A model generated the notes under the pieces. It was not told the DNA's origin, ran no database searches, and saw nothing but the letters and a program-made list of their open reading frames with translations. The position numbers and the translations under genes are program-made. From positions 181,964 to 245,963 of IMG/VR virus record IMGVR_UViG_3300005941_000003: 64,000 bases of DNA; one strand, given 5' to 3'. This document shows, one piece after another, positions 1 to 8,669 of this stretch (position 1 is the stretch's first letter; each line of letters begins with the position of its first letter).

Positions 1-1
1 A

Positions 2-1225
2 ATGATTTTTCAAATTGATAAACTAATTGATAACCTAAAAAATAATAATTGGAATTATTTTTGGGATAGAATTAATATTGATGAATATGTCGCCAGACCT
101 ACAGCAATTTATATATACGCCGGGGGTAATGGTGACCTAGAATATGTACACATGCCATATAATAAATTTTTTCAAGATTTTATGGAAAAATACAAATTAA
201 AGATTACCAGTGAATTAAATAGAGAGATAAGAACAGGTAAAATATTTGAAAGACCTATAGTTTTTCAAACATGTGAAGGTTTTACATTAGAAGAAAATAC
301 TCAATTTATAAGAGATATTTTAAATGAATATACAGATAAAATACCGGATATTTTTAATAGAGTTATATTAATTCATTCAAGTTTTAACCATTCACTTGAT
401 ACATATAGAGTTAATAACGTTATAAGACTTCACGATATTGTATTCACCTTTGTTTATCTTGCAGGCAAATACCCTAAATATTTTGTTGATAAAGATTATA
501 GTATAATACCAACAGAAAAAAGTTTTAAAAAAATATTCGGATGTTTTATTACCAGAAATGCATATGATAGGGTAAAAATATACTATCATATAATTAAAAA
601 CTATAAAAATGATAGTGTTGCATATTGTCATAGTTCAGAAATACAAAAAGCATTAAATGATATATTTGATGATTATGACATTGATCAACACACAAATCAT
701 GATATGGTAAAAGTAAATCAAAATATTGACAATTTAAATAAAACCTATCAACAGTTTGTAATAACCGATTTACAAGAAAAAATGAAAGACGTATTTGTTG
801 ATGTTATTAGTGAAACTGTATTTTTTGAGGATAATAATGTTTGGGTTACAGAAAAAACAGTTACACCTATAACACTTGGTTTACCTTTTATTATTTCATC
901 AACCTCTGGAATTTATGAGTTGTTACATTATTTGGGATTTAAAACATTTTCAGATTTTTGGGACGAATCATTTGACGCTGAGACTGATCATATAGAACGT
1001 AATAAAAAATTTTTGAATACATTAGATTATATAGCAGAAACATATAATACCGAAGAAAAAAGAAAAGAAGCATACAAAAAGATGCTTCCAATTCTAGAAC
1101 ATAATCGCCAGCGTATGATTTATTTTTTTGAAAACCCAAGAGAAGTGTTAGGTTATATCAAACACACAGATAAAGCAATTGCAGAATTAGAATCTATATT
1201 AAAATCCGCATATCCAAATAGTTAA
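2..1225 (+). CDS. Hypothetical protein with C-terminal glycosyltransferase family 10-like region (may be 5'-incomplete)
   Basis: 407-aa AT-rich ORF; VISET..TEKT..PF..GFKTF..DES motif string typical of GT10-like phage proteins. Confidence 0.45.
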   Translation: MIFQIDKLIDNLKNNNWNYFWDRINIDEYVARPTAIYIYAGGNGDLEYVHMPYNKFFQDFMEKYKLKITSELNREIRTGKIFERPIVFQTCEGFTLEENTQFIRDILNEYTDKIPDIFNRVILIHSSFNHSLDTYRVNNVIRLHDIVFTFVYLAGKYPKYFVDKDYSIIPTEKSFKKIFGCFITRNAYDRVKIYYHIIKNYKNDSVAYCHSSEIQKALNDIFDDYDIDQHTNHDMVKVNQNIDNLNKTYQQFVITDLQEKMKDVFVDVISETVFFEDNNVWVTEKTVTPITLGLPFIISSTSGIYELLHYLGFKTFSDFWDESFDAETDHIERNKKFLNTLDYIAETYNTEEKRKEAYKKMLPILEHNRQRMIYFFENPREVLGYIKHTDKAIAELESILKSAYPNS

Positions 1226-1989
1226 TCTCTGCGTTCAATATCGTCTTCTGTTAGTTTATCTCCCATCCAAACTTCAATTACTTTAGCAGGAGTTTCTCCA
1301 ACATTTACTGCTTTGTGCCAGCATAATGCAGGTATATCAAAACTGTTTCCTTGTGGAACAATAAATGTTTGTTTGCCTTCATCATCTTCTACTGTTATTT
1401 CAATGACGCCTTCAATAACATGCCAGTGTTCACTACGATTAAAATGGCGCTGATCACTCAAAGATTTACCTGCTTCAAATTCTAGTTCTTTTACTTGCCA
1501 ACCGGGACCTTTATGTAGAACGGTATAAATGCCCCATGCACGTTCGGTCTTTGGTTTACTCCAGTTTTCAAGTATCCAAGACGAACTATTCATCTTTCGT
1601 GAACCGCCTACTTTCCAAGCAAATTCAACATCTTTATTATCGTGAAATGTTTTAAACTCTGGTACGTTTGTGTTAACGCGGTCTCCGCCATTTGCAAAGA
1701 CTACTTTCCACTTAGATCCTTTAGTTGATAGAACTTGCATAATAGCGGCACATGCAGTGCCATCATCGTCGTTGAACCCTATAACTTCATCAACCATTTC
1801 TAAGTGTTTGATAATATTTGCACGTTCCTCAAACGACATAAATGGTCTACCCTTTTTTCGAGTAAGCCAAGCGTCACTATTCACACCTACAATTAGATGG
1901 TCTCCCAACTCTTTGGCAGCTTTGAAATATTCGATATGTCCTGAATGCAGTGGGTCAAACCCACCAGTCACTAAAACTACTTTACTCAT
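1222..1989 (-). CDS. Cytidylyl/adenylyltransferase (HIGH family) fused to a mannose-6-phosphate isomerase-type cupin
   Basis: N-terminal GGFDPLHSGH; C-terminal cupin SLSDQRHFNRSEHW...WH. Confidence 0.8.
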   Translation of the reverse strand: MSKVVLVTGGFDPLHSGHIEYFKAAKELGDHLIVGVNSDAWLTRKKGRPFMSFEERANIIKHLEMVDEVIGFNDDDGTACAAIMQVLSTKGSKWKVVFANGGDRVNTNVPEFKTFHDNKDVEFAWKVGGSRKMNSSSWILENWSKPKTERAWGIYTVLHKGPGWQVKELEFEAGKSLSDQRHFNRSEHWHVIEGVIEITVEDDEGKQTFIVPQGNSFDIPALCWHKAVNVGETPAKVIEVWMGDKLTEDDIERRD

Positions 1990-3181
1990 TATTCACCTCA
2001 ACAAATGGTTTTGTACGTTCCCATAGCCATGGGTTGAATTCACCCCAATGCTCATTTCGTATTCTATTCACTGCGGCATCGGTGTTGACAAAATGTTTAA
2101 AGTCGCCTGTCTCATTTAATTCGTTCAGCATCCACTTGAATATAGAATAACCTGGGTAGTTGTCTGATATAGAATTTAAATATTCTGCTACTTCTTTTTT
2201 AACTTCGTCTGGTAGATTTCTAGGTAGCATCCAATCAGGACCATCCGCCATAACATAATGTGTCCAGCGCATTCCCTTTTGTAGTGAATAATCAATCAAC
2301 TCGTGGAACGAATTACAGTTGTAGATAGATGCAACACTATGGAAACTGATAGTGGTTTTGCTCTTAGTTGCTTTGCGAGTTTTTTCCCACTCCAAGAACC
2401 AATCAACTACTTCCTCTACTCTCTGCCAAGAACTACCTTTGCGTAGAAAATCGTTCAACTTACCATAACTGTCTACACTCAATTGCACGTTGACTTCTTT
2501 GCATTGATTTAGTAGACCGGTCAATTCTTCGTTTGGGGTAGTTGTGGTATTTGTTGCAATAAGTATCTTTAATTCAGGTAGATTACATTTCTTTAGAACA
2601 CTAATGAATTTCTCTTGCTCCATCAGAGGTTCGCCGCCGATCATTTTGATAAACTTTAGATTACTTAAATCGTAGTCTTCAATGATACTATTCTTTGCGA
2701 CAACACCACGTCTTGGTTCGCCGCCCCATCCTAGCTTTTTAGCATCTGCGTACCAGTTTGTACTTAATTCAGGTCCGCACATACGACATCTGTTATTGCA
2801 TACGTTACTCAGTGCAAGGTCGATGTTTGTTAGATAGTGATAATCTCTGTTTGAATTTTCTGCAAATTCAGCAGCATCAGGAATACCAAAGTTAATGAAA
2901 GGAGATGAAATGTCAGTACGCATACTGCTACCAGAAATTTCTTCGTCGCGATAACAGCTTGCACAACCTGGGTGCGCTTCATCGTTGCGCATCTTTTCAC
3001 GAAGATCAACCATGAAAGGGTGATTGAATGGATCAGGGTGATCAATTCTTAAATCTTCTGGTACTTCTTCTTGTCTGAAATAACAACATGGAAAAATCCC
3101 ACCATCTGGTCTAATAGCCAGATGATGGAATGGAAGTGGACATGCGTGTTTATGTTTTATTTGGAAATTTCTGTCTGCCAT
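1982..3181 (-). CDS. Radical SAM protein with N-terminal twitch-like Fe-S domain
   Basis: CNNRCRMC and GGEP; N-terminal CPLPF..PCC and CASC. Confidence 0.85.
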   Translation of the reverse strand: MADRNFQIKHKHACPLPFHHLAIRPDGGIFPCCYFRQEEVPEDLRIDHPDPFNHPFMVDLREKMRNDEAHPGCASCYRDEEISGSSMRTDISSPFINFGIPDAAEFAENSNRDYHYLTNIDLALSNVCNNRCRMCGPELSTNWYADAKKLGWGGEPRRGVVAKNSIIEDYDLSNLKFIKMIGGEPLMEQEKFISVLKKCNLPELKILIATNTTTTPNEELTGLLNQCKEVNVQLSVDSYGKLNDFLRKGSSWQRVEEVVDWFLEWEKTRKATKSKTTISFHSVASIYNCNSFHELIDYSLQKGMRWTHYVMADGPDWMLPRNLPDEVKKEVAEYLNSISDNYPGYSIFKWMLNELNETGDFKHFVNTDAAVNRIRNEHWGEFNPWLWERTKPFVEVNNE

Positions 3182-3210
3182 AATAAGTCCTATATTATAT
3201 ACGAACTTAT

Positions 3211-4005
3211 TTATGCAAACTTTACGTAGTTCAAACGAGTTTCTTTGATATCAGGTTCGCGCCATACTGTTTCGAAACTCTTTACTTTCGCGTTGATTTT
3301 GAATACGCCAGTGTGGTTTGCAATTGATTCTTTGGAAGTAAAGAAAGAAACACGATTGCCGTCAATAGTGATAGCAGATACATTATAGCCTCCGTATTGT
3401 TCTGATTTACGTTTGTTGATAATTTCAATCTCAGTGTCGATTACACCACCAGCGGCGCCGATGTGTGCGCTCAGTGCGCTACGATCCCGAAGCGATTTTG
3501 ATTCTTCTTCGCGCTTATCATAGAATGGCACGTATGCGACGATTCCGATATCTGAATAACTTACTTCGTCTTTTGCGATGAAACCATGAACACCGCGCTC
3601 AAACTCATTCATATTATCACTCAAAACTTTGAACATGAATTCAAGTTCGAGCCGTGCAATAATATCACGCGCCTGTTCGATTAGTTTTTCACTGATTTGA
3701 CCAGGGAATGACAGCAGTGCAGCAATTGTGATACTACGATTAGAATCGCGTTTCATAAGATAGCGAGTACTTTCAGTCCCGTCTATATTCATGTGTGTGA
3801 TATATTCATTTACCGGACTTGTGGCTTTGATATATTCACCATCATTGAAATCTATTGCCAACAAAGCGGCGGCAAGAGCCACTTCTTTCGGATGCTTTTT
3901 TTCTTTAAAATCTTGCAGTTCAGTATAGTGGTAACTATCTAAACAAGTATCAAAGCGTCCAAAATACTTAACGCCGCGTTCTCCTGGGATATGATCCATA
4001 CTCAT
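3211..4005 (-). CDS. Hypothetical phage protein (possible C-terminal OB fold)
   Basis: 264-aa ORF, coding-like, in series with neighbours. Confidence 0.55.
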   Translation of the reverse strand: MSMDHIPGERGVKYFGRFDTCLDSYHYTELQDFKEKKHPKEVALAAALLAIDFNDGEYIKATSPVNEYITHMNIDGTESTRYLMKRDSNRSITIAALLSFPGQISEKLIEQARDIIARLELEFMFKVLSDNMNEFERGVHGFIAKDEVSYSDIGIVAYVPFYDKREEESKSLRDRSALSAHIGAAGGVIDTEIEIINKRKSEQYGGYNVSAITIDGNRVSFFTSKESIANHTGVFKINAKVKSFETVWREPDIKETRLNYVKFA

Positions 4006-4009
4006 TGTT

Positions 4010-4216
4010 TTACTCGCAATCTATTGTCTTATTTACTTCACATTCAAGATAGTAGATATCTTCATAATATGAACCAAGAATAGTGTCACGTTCTATTTGA
4101 ACAATTGCTAACCACTGTCCTACGCGAACCGGATCAGTTACGAATACAGCAGATGTAACAGTTACAAACGTAACAGCAGCGATAATAACAAGGTCACGAA
4201 CATTCGAAAGATTCAT
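4010..4216 (-). CDS. Small hypothetical membrane protein
   Basis: 68 aa with N-terminal hydrophobic helix; abuts neighbouring ORFs. Confidence 0.55.
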   Translation of the reverse strand: MNLSNVRDLVIIAAVTFVTVTSAVFVTDPVRVGQWLAIVQIERDTILGSYYEDIYYLECEVNKTIDCE

Positions 4217-4218
4217 GA

Positions 4219-4494
4219 TTACACCCGAATTTTGTTAATGTTACGGAGATCAGCATCGTGATCGTCAACAATCTTCCCCGAAGGGAAGTAGAAGCGACGA
4301 GAACCGTTGCCTTCAATTTGATCGGTGTCGAGATAGCGATAACCACGATAGTTACCAGTTTCAAACAGAATAGCTTCCATCAGCGCACAAACACCTTCGC
4401 GTTCATCAGCAGTGGTGTTTTCAGCAGCGAGGAACGAGTTTGCCATACGCAGAATTTTGCCAACTTCAACAGTCTTACGAGCAACTTTAGCCAT
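4219..4494 (-). CDS. Small early hypothetical protein
   Basis: RBS AAGGAGA and its own early promoter upstream. Confidence 0.7.
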   Translation of the reverse strand: MAKVARKTVEVGKILRMANSFLAAENTTADEREGVCALMEAILFETGNYRGYRYLDTDQIEGNGSRRFYFPSGKIVDDHDADLRNINKIRV

Positions 4495-4524
4495 TGTGAG
4501 TCTCCTTCTCTTGACTACAGTATT

Positions 4525-4552
4525 AATATAGCATGATTCGTGTGATTGTCAA
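4525..4552 (-). promoter_or_regulatory. Early promoter TTGACA-N16-TATATT with CGAATCA in spacer
   Basis: TTGACAATCACACGAATCATGCTATATT; near-identical copies at 4869 and 32241. Confidence 0.8.
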
Positions 4553-4555
4553 GAA

Positions 4556-4840
4556 TTAAAAACCAATACTTTCACCATTTGCAATCTTTTCTACATAAGA
4601 AGAACCAAGAGTGCAGAGTTTAATTTCATCGCGCTTACCGCCAGCAGCAACACATTCGTCAACCATTTTGTTTGCCGCTTCCTGCATCATACGAGTGAAG
4701 CGTTGCTGATCTGCCACAGTGAGCGAACGGAACATGTCCGCCATCGTGCTTTCAAAGTAGCCTGCAGCGTATGCATGTGAGCCGTATACTTGACGACTGG
4801 CGTCGCTGAAGTCTTTTGCGTATTCTTTAAAGTCCTGCAT
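4556..4840 (-). CDS. Small early hypothetical protein
   Basis: RBS GAGAGGA and own promoter. Confidence 0.7.
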   Translation of the reverse strand: MQDFKEYAKDFSDASRQVYGSHAYAAGYFESTMADMFRSLTVADQQRFTRMMQEAANKMVDECVAAGGKRDEIKLCTLGSSYVEKIANGESIGF

Positions 4841-4868
4841 AGTGTGTCCTCTCTCTGACTACTCTATT

Positions 4869-4896
4869 AATATAGCATGATTCGTTGTATTGTCAA
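4869..4896 (-). promoter_or_regulatory. Early promoter (repeat copy) with GANTC
   Basis: TTGACAATACAACGAATCATGCTATATT. Confidence 0.8.
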
Positions 4897-4899
4897 GAA

Positions 4900-5097
4900 T
4901 TAATCGAATGCTACCTTGACAACATTGCCATCTGGATCGAACATAGTGCTTACACGACCTTTGCATTTGCTGCTAGTCCGGCAACGCCACCAACTGTCAG
5001 CTTGGTCCTGAGTGTCAACAAATACAGAACTCCACTCAAGAACCCCACTTGGGTTCTCGGCATTTAGACGATTGTATTGTGCGCGGAGTTCCCACAT
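4900..5097 (-). CDS. Small early hypothetical protein
   Basis: 65-aa ORF behind promoter and GAGAGAG RBS. Confidence 0.6.
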   Translation of the reverse strand: MWELRAQYNRLNAENPSGVLEWSSVFVDTQDQADSWWRCRTSSKCKGRVSTMFDPDGNVVKVAFD

Positions 5098-5124
5098 GTT
5101 TAACTCTCTCTTGATTACAAGACA

Positions 5125-5153
5125 GTTATATAGTGATTCGTTTTAACTGTCAA
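5125..5153 (-). promoter_or_regulatory. Early promoter TTGACA-N17-TATAAC with GANTC
   Basis: TTGACAGTTAAAACGAATCACTATATAAC. Confidence 0.75.
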
Positions 5154-5296
5154 CTATTAAAATGGTGGATCTTCTGGTACTTTATCTTCCAACTTTCCAC
5201 TCATAATGTCCCACACACGTTGCTTTTCCATATGTTCAACATAATGAGAGCGACGACCGTCCTTGATATATGAACATTCGTGCGATTGTCAAGTAG

Positions 5297-5303
5297 ATAA
5301 ATA
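5297..5303 (+). promoter_or_regulatory. T4-like late promoter core (ATAAATA) heading the biosynthetic cluster
   Basis: [A/C]TAAATA recurs just upstream of gene starts at 14525, 16852, 32281, 57590 (+) and 28604, 33953, 35941, 52816, 57221, 60142, 62056, 62320, 63493 (-); resembles the T4 gp55 promoter TATAAATA. Confidence 0.55.
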
Positions 5304-5328
5304 AAGTTAGAAGTTAATAGGAGTTACT

Positions 5329-6054
5329 ATGTTATACGCAAATGGATGCAGTTTTACATACGGTACAGGTCTTGCACTAAAAGATAAAGCATGGCCTTTT
5401 GAACTAGCAGAGTTGTTAGGTTTCGATAGAACAGAAACAGTCACGGAAGCACAACGAGGCGTGTCAAATCAATACATTGTACGCAATACGATCACGACAG
5501 TTAGTGAACTTATACAGAATGGTAAGAAGCCATTTGTTGCTATTGGGCTAACTGCACCCAGTAGACGCGAACATTTTATAAAGGAAAAGAATATTCTAAT
5601 TCACAATATTCCTGCACATGAGTATCATGGTAACATTATGTTAGATGAACAAACAAACAGAGATTTAGATTTGTTTAACACTCTATACATGAAACATTTC
5701 TGGTCACCAGTTTATGACTTTCATACATACTTGATGCATGTGGTACAGATACAAAACTTCTGCAAACAGAATGATCTAGAGTATGTTATATTCAATAGTT
5801 TGAACTTGACTCCAAATCTTCTTGAACCTACTAAGTTTACAGAACTTTGTGAGCAAGCGGACATGGGTCCGGTACTTGCACAATTAGATATGACACATAT
5901 ATATGAACAGCAGACATTCTTTACATACATGCACGACAACGAACTGTTCTTTGACCAAGAAGGCGATGAACGATACATGCATCCAAATGAACAAGCACAC
6001 AGTGAGTGGGCAAAGATCATATTCGATGATATCGAAAACACACGGAACATGTAA
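5329..6054 (+). CDS. SGNH/GDSL-hydrolase-like protein
   Basis: N-terminal ANGCSFT, central GVSN, C-terminal HPNEQAH. Confidence 0.6.
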   Translation: MLYANGCSFTYGTGLALKDKAWPFELAELLGFDRTETVTEAQRGVSNQYIVRNTITTVSELIQNGKKPFVAIGLTAPSRREHFIKEKNILIHNIPAHEYHGNIMLDEQTNRDLDLFNTLYMKHFWSPVYDFHTYLMHVVQIQNFCKQNDLEYVIFNSLNLTPNLLEPTKFTELCEQADMGPVLAQLDMTHIYEQQTFFTYMHDNELFFDQEGDERYMHPNEQAHSEWAKIIFDDIENTRNM

Positions 6055-6956
6055 TGCGTATTGCGGTCCTACTCACTGGTAGAATATTAGTTGATGTGGC
6101 AGGCCGTATACGCGAATGCTTCCCGGGAGCAGATTTCTATGGTCATACTTGGAGCGATGACGTTTCTCCAATAAAACTATCTGATATTATTGAAGAACAC
6201 GTAACTAAAAATACAAAAGAACCTATGAATGCGTCACCGGAGTTGTGGAAAAAACATATTAAAGTTAACAACAATGTACATTTAGTTGAAAATTATAAAT
6301 TTGTAAAAGGTATGGCATTAACTAGTTACAATGAATTGATAGACGACTATAGCAATATACAGCAACACATACCAGAAGGATGTTCGCCGTATTATATATC
6401 GCTTATGTCCCAGTTTTTAAGTTTGAAGTATGCGTTATCAGAACTTAAAAAAAGTTCTAAACAGTATGATATAGTAGTCAAATGGAGATGGGATTTAGTT
6501 GGTAATACGGATATGAGTGAATTCCTGTCAGCACAATTAGAAAATTTTGACGGTATGATGGTACCATGGCATGTAAAAGATGAGTGTGCCAAAGAGGCAC
6601 TTGATAGATTAAATAGTTTGGACAATGTGTCAATGAATTATATGCCTGAGCGAACTGGAGAAACTTGGTTTGCGTTAAAATGGAAAGATTTACATTTACT
6701 TGATACATTTTATAAGTCTTACAGTGATGTACTATTAGAGCGTATTCAATATGACAAACATAGTCCAGATGCAGAAGGTTATTTTGCACTAATGCTAAGT
6801 AGGAACAATATTAAAACAGCAGTGGCAGGACATGACCAAGGTATATGGTGTGATATCGTAAGACCGTATCATCCAAAAGACGTAGACGTTTTAGAATTAA
6901 AAGATGTAATACACAATGCTTGGTTTCAGGGAATAATAGATTTAGAAAAAAACTAA
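6054..6956 (+). CDS. Hypothetical, possibly glycosyltransferase-like protein
   Basis: MRIAVLLTGR...YDIVVKWRWDL pattern; overlaps upstream stop codon. Confidence 0.45.
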   Translation: MRIAVLLTGRILVDVAGRIRECFPGADFYGHTWSDDVSPIKLSDIIEEHVTKNTKEPMNASPELWKKHIKVNNNVHLVENYKFVKGMALTSYNELIDDYSNIQQHIPEGCSPYYISLMSQFLSLKYALSELKKSSKQYDIVVKWRWDLVGNTDMSEFLSAQLENFDGMMVPWHVKDECAKEALDRLNSLDNVSMNYMPERTGETWFALKWKDLHLLDTFYKSYSDVLLERIQYDKHSPDAEGYFALMLSRNNIKTAVAGHDQGIWCDIVRPYHPKDVDVLELKDVIHNAWFQGIIDLEKN

Positions 6957-6989
6957 GTATGGACTACTCTATAATTAAGGAGAATAGTA

Positions 6990-7112
6990 ATGAAACTATT
7001 GAATAAAATATGGGAAATTATCACATACCCATATACAGAATATAAACGAAAAAAAGCACTAAAGGCGCGTATTGAAGAACTACGAAAGCGTGATCCATTT
7101 ATCTACAAATAA
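6990..7112 (+). CDS. 40-aa small protein MKLLNKIWEIITYPYTEYKRKKALKARIEELRKRDPFIYK (below the ORF-track cutoff)
   Basis: AAGGAG RBS, ATG 6990, TAA 7110-7112; fills the gap before the carbamoyltransferase. Confidence 0.75.
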   Translation: MKLLNKIWEIITYPYTEYKRKKALKARIEELRKRDPFIYK

Positions 7113-7121
7113 GAGAAACGA

Positions 7122-8630
7122 ATGAGAATATTAGGTATTTCTGGCGCGTTGAATCATGACGCAGCCGTTTCAGTGATTGAAGATGGTAAGATACTATTTG
7201 CATCACACAGTGAACGCTACAGTAAGATCAAGAATGATGCATTGTTAAACGATGGTATCATCAATGAAGCGTTGTCATATGGTAAGCCAGACCGTATTGC
7301 TTGGTTTGAGCGACCATTAAAGAAGAAGTACCGTCAGTTTCTAGCTGGACAATACGAACTTGCATTCGCAGGAAGTGAGTGGCCTAAATGGTATTTAAAT
7401 AAAAACTTCCCGCAGTTGAATGGTATCAAGATAGACTATCAAGATCACCACTACACTCACGCCGCAAGTGGTTACTATACGAGTGATTTCGATGATGCAT
7501 GTGTTGTTGTGATAGATTCAATAGGTGAGTTTGAAACTCTTACTATATGGCATGCCGAGGGTGAGCGTATGACTAAGATTTTCTCTCAAGAATATCCACA
7601 TTCAATTGGTCTTTGGTATAGTGCAATGACACAGCGTTTGGGATTGAAACCACAAGAAGATGAATACATTCTTATGGGTATGGCAGCGTATGGGGATAGC
7701 CGTAGGTTCTTCAAAGAAATTGTAGACGAATTCATACTTGTTGAGGGTATAGGATACTCACCGGAAACATACTTCAAACACAATCTTCATCGTGGGTGTT
7801 TGTGGTGGAAGCCAGAGTTAACGAGTGAGCAAGACTTGTTCGACATTGCTGCTGGTACACAAGCAGTGTACGAATATCTATTAAAGAACATCATTGCATG
7901 GTGTGTTAGAAACATTCCAAGCAGAAATCTTGTGATGATGGGCGGCTGTGCGCTAAACTGTAGCGCAAACTCAAAGATCACATATCAATATGATAATGTG
8001 TGGATCATGCCAAATCCGGGAGATGCTGGTAGTTGTATCGGTGCGTCACAACAATACTTTGATGATAGAATCAAGTGGGAAACTCCTTATCTAGGACATG
8101 AGATTAAAGGTCTATATCCTGTACAGAAAAGTTTAGAAGCATTGCTACGCGGAGAGATTATTGGTATCGCAAATGGTCGTGCAGAGTTTGGTCCACGTGC
8201 GCTAGGTAACCGCACTCTTACGGCAGATCCACGCGGGGACGATATTAAAGATCGTATGAATGAAATCAAACGTAGACAAAAGTTCCGTCCTTTTGCTCCA
8301 ATGATTCTAGAAGAACATGTTCACGAATACTTTGATATGCCACGACACATAAACGAATCACCATATATGCAGTTTGTTGCAACATGTAGATTCCCAGAAC
8401 TGTTCCCAGCAATCATACACAAAGATGGAACATCACGCGTACAGACCGTCAATCGTGAGCAACATCCGGGTCTGTATGAACTGCTAACGAAGTTCTACGA
8501 AGCGACAGGATGTCCTATCCTAGTCAATACATCACTGAATATCAAAGGAATGCCGATAGTCAATGACGAACAAGACGCAGAAGATTTTGCGAAGCACTAT
8601 GGCATTTCAGTCTTTACATCCGACGAATAA
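7122..8630 (+). CDS. Carbamoyltransferase, NodU/CmcH (TobZ-like) family
   Basis: ILGIS..HDAA, HHYTH, GGCALNC, EFGPRALGNR, FRPFAP, NTSLN. Confidence 0.95.
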   Translation: MRILGISGALNHDAAVSVIEDGKILFASHSERYSKIKNDALLNDGIINEALSYGKPDRIAWFERPLKKKYRQFLAGQYELAFAGSEWPKWYLNKNFPQLNGIKIDYQDHHYTHAASGYYTSDFDDACVVVIDSIGEFETLTIWHAEGERMTKIFSQEYPHSIGLWYSAMTQRLGLKPQEDEYILMGMAAYGDSRRFFKEIVDEFILVEGIGYSPETYFKHNLHRGCLWWKPELTSEQDLFDIAAGTQAVYEYLLKNIIAWCVRNIPSRNLVMMGGCALNCSANSKITYQYDNVWIMPNPGDAGSCIGASQQYFDDRIKWETPYLGHEIKGLYPVQKSLEALLRGEIIGIANGRAEFGPRALGNRTLTADPRGDDIKDRMNEIKRRQKFRPFAPMILEEHVHEYFDMPRHINESPYMQFVATCRFPELFPAIIHKDGTSRVQTVNREQHPGLYELLTKFYEATGCPILVNTSLNIKGMPIVNDEQDAEDFAKHYGISVFTSDE

Positions 8631-8641
8631 TCTGTTATAAT
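8613..8641 (+). promoter_or_regulatory. Sigma70-type promoter TTTACA-N17-TGnTATAAT
   Basis: Consensus match upstream of the 8670 ORF. Confidence 0.6.
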
Positions 8642-8669
8642 ACAAGAAAATGAAACTATAAGGACAACT

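Noticed and set aside
4500-5160. CRISPR-like array from recurring ~45-nt repeats
   Set aside because: The repeats are promoter-RBS units separated by whole ORFs, not 30-40 nt spacers; no cas genes
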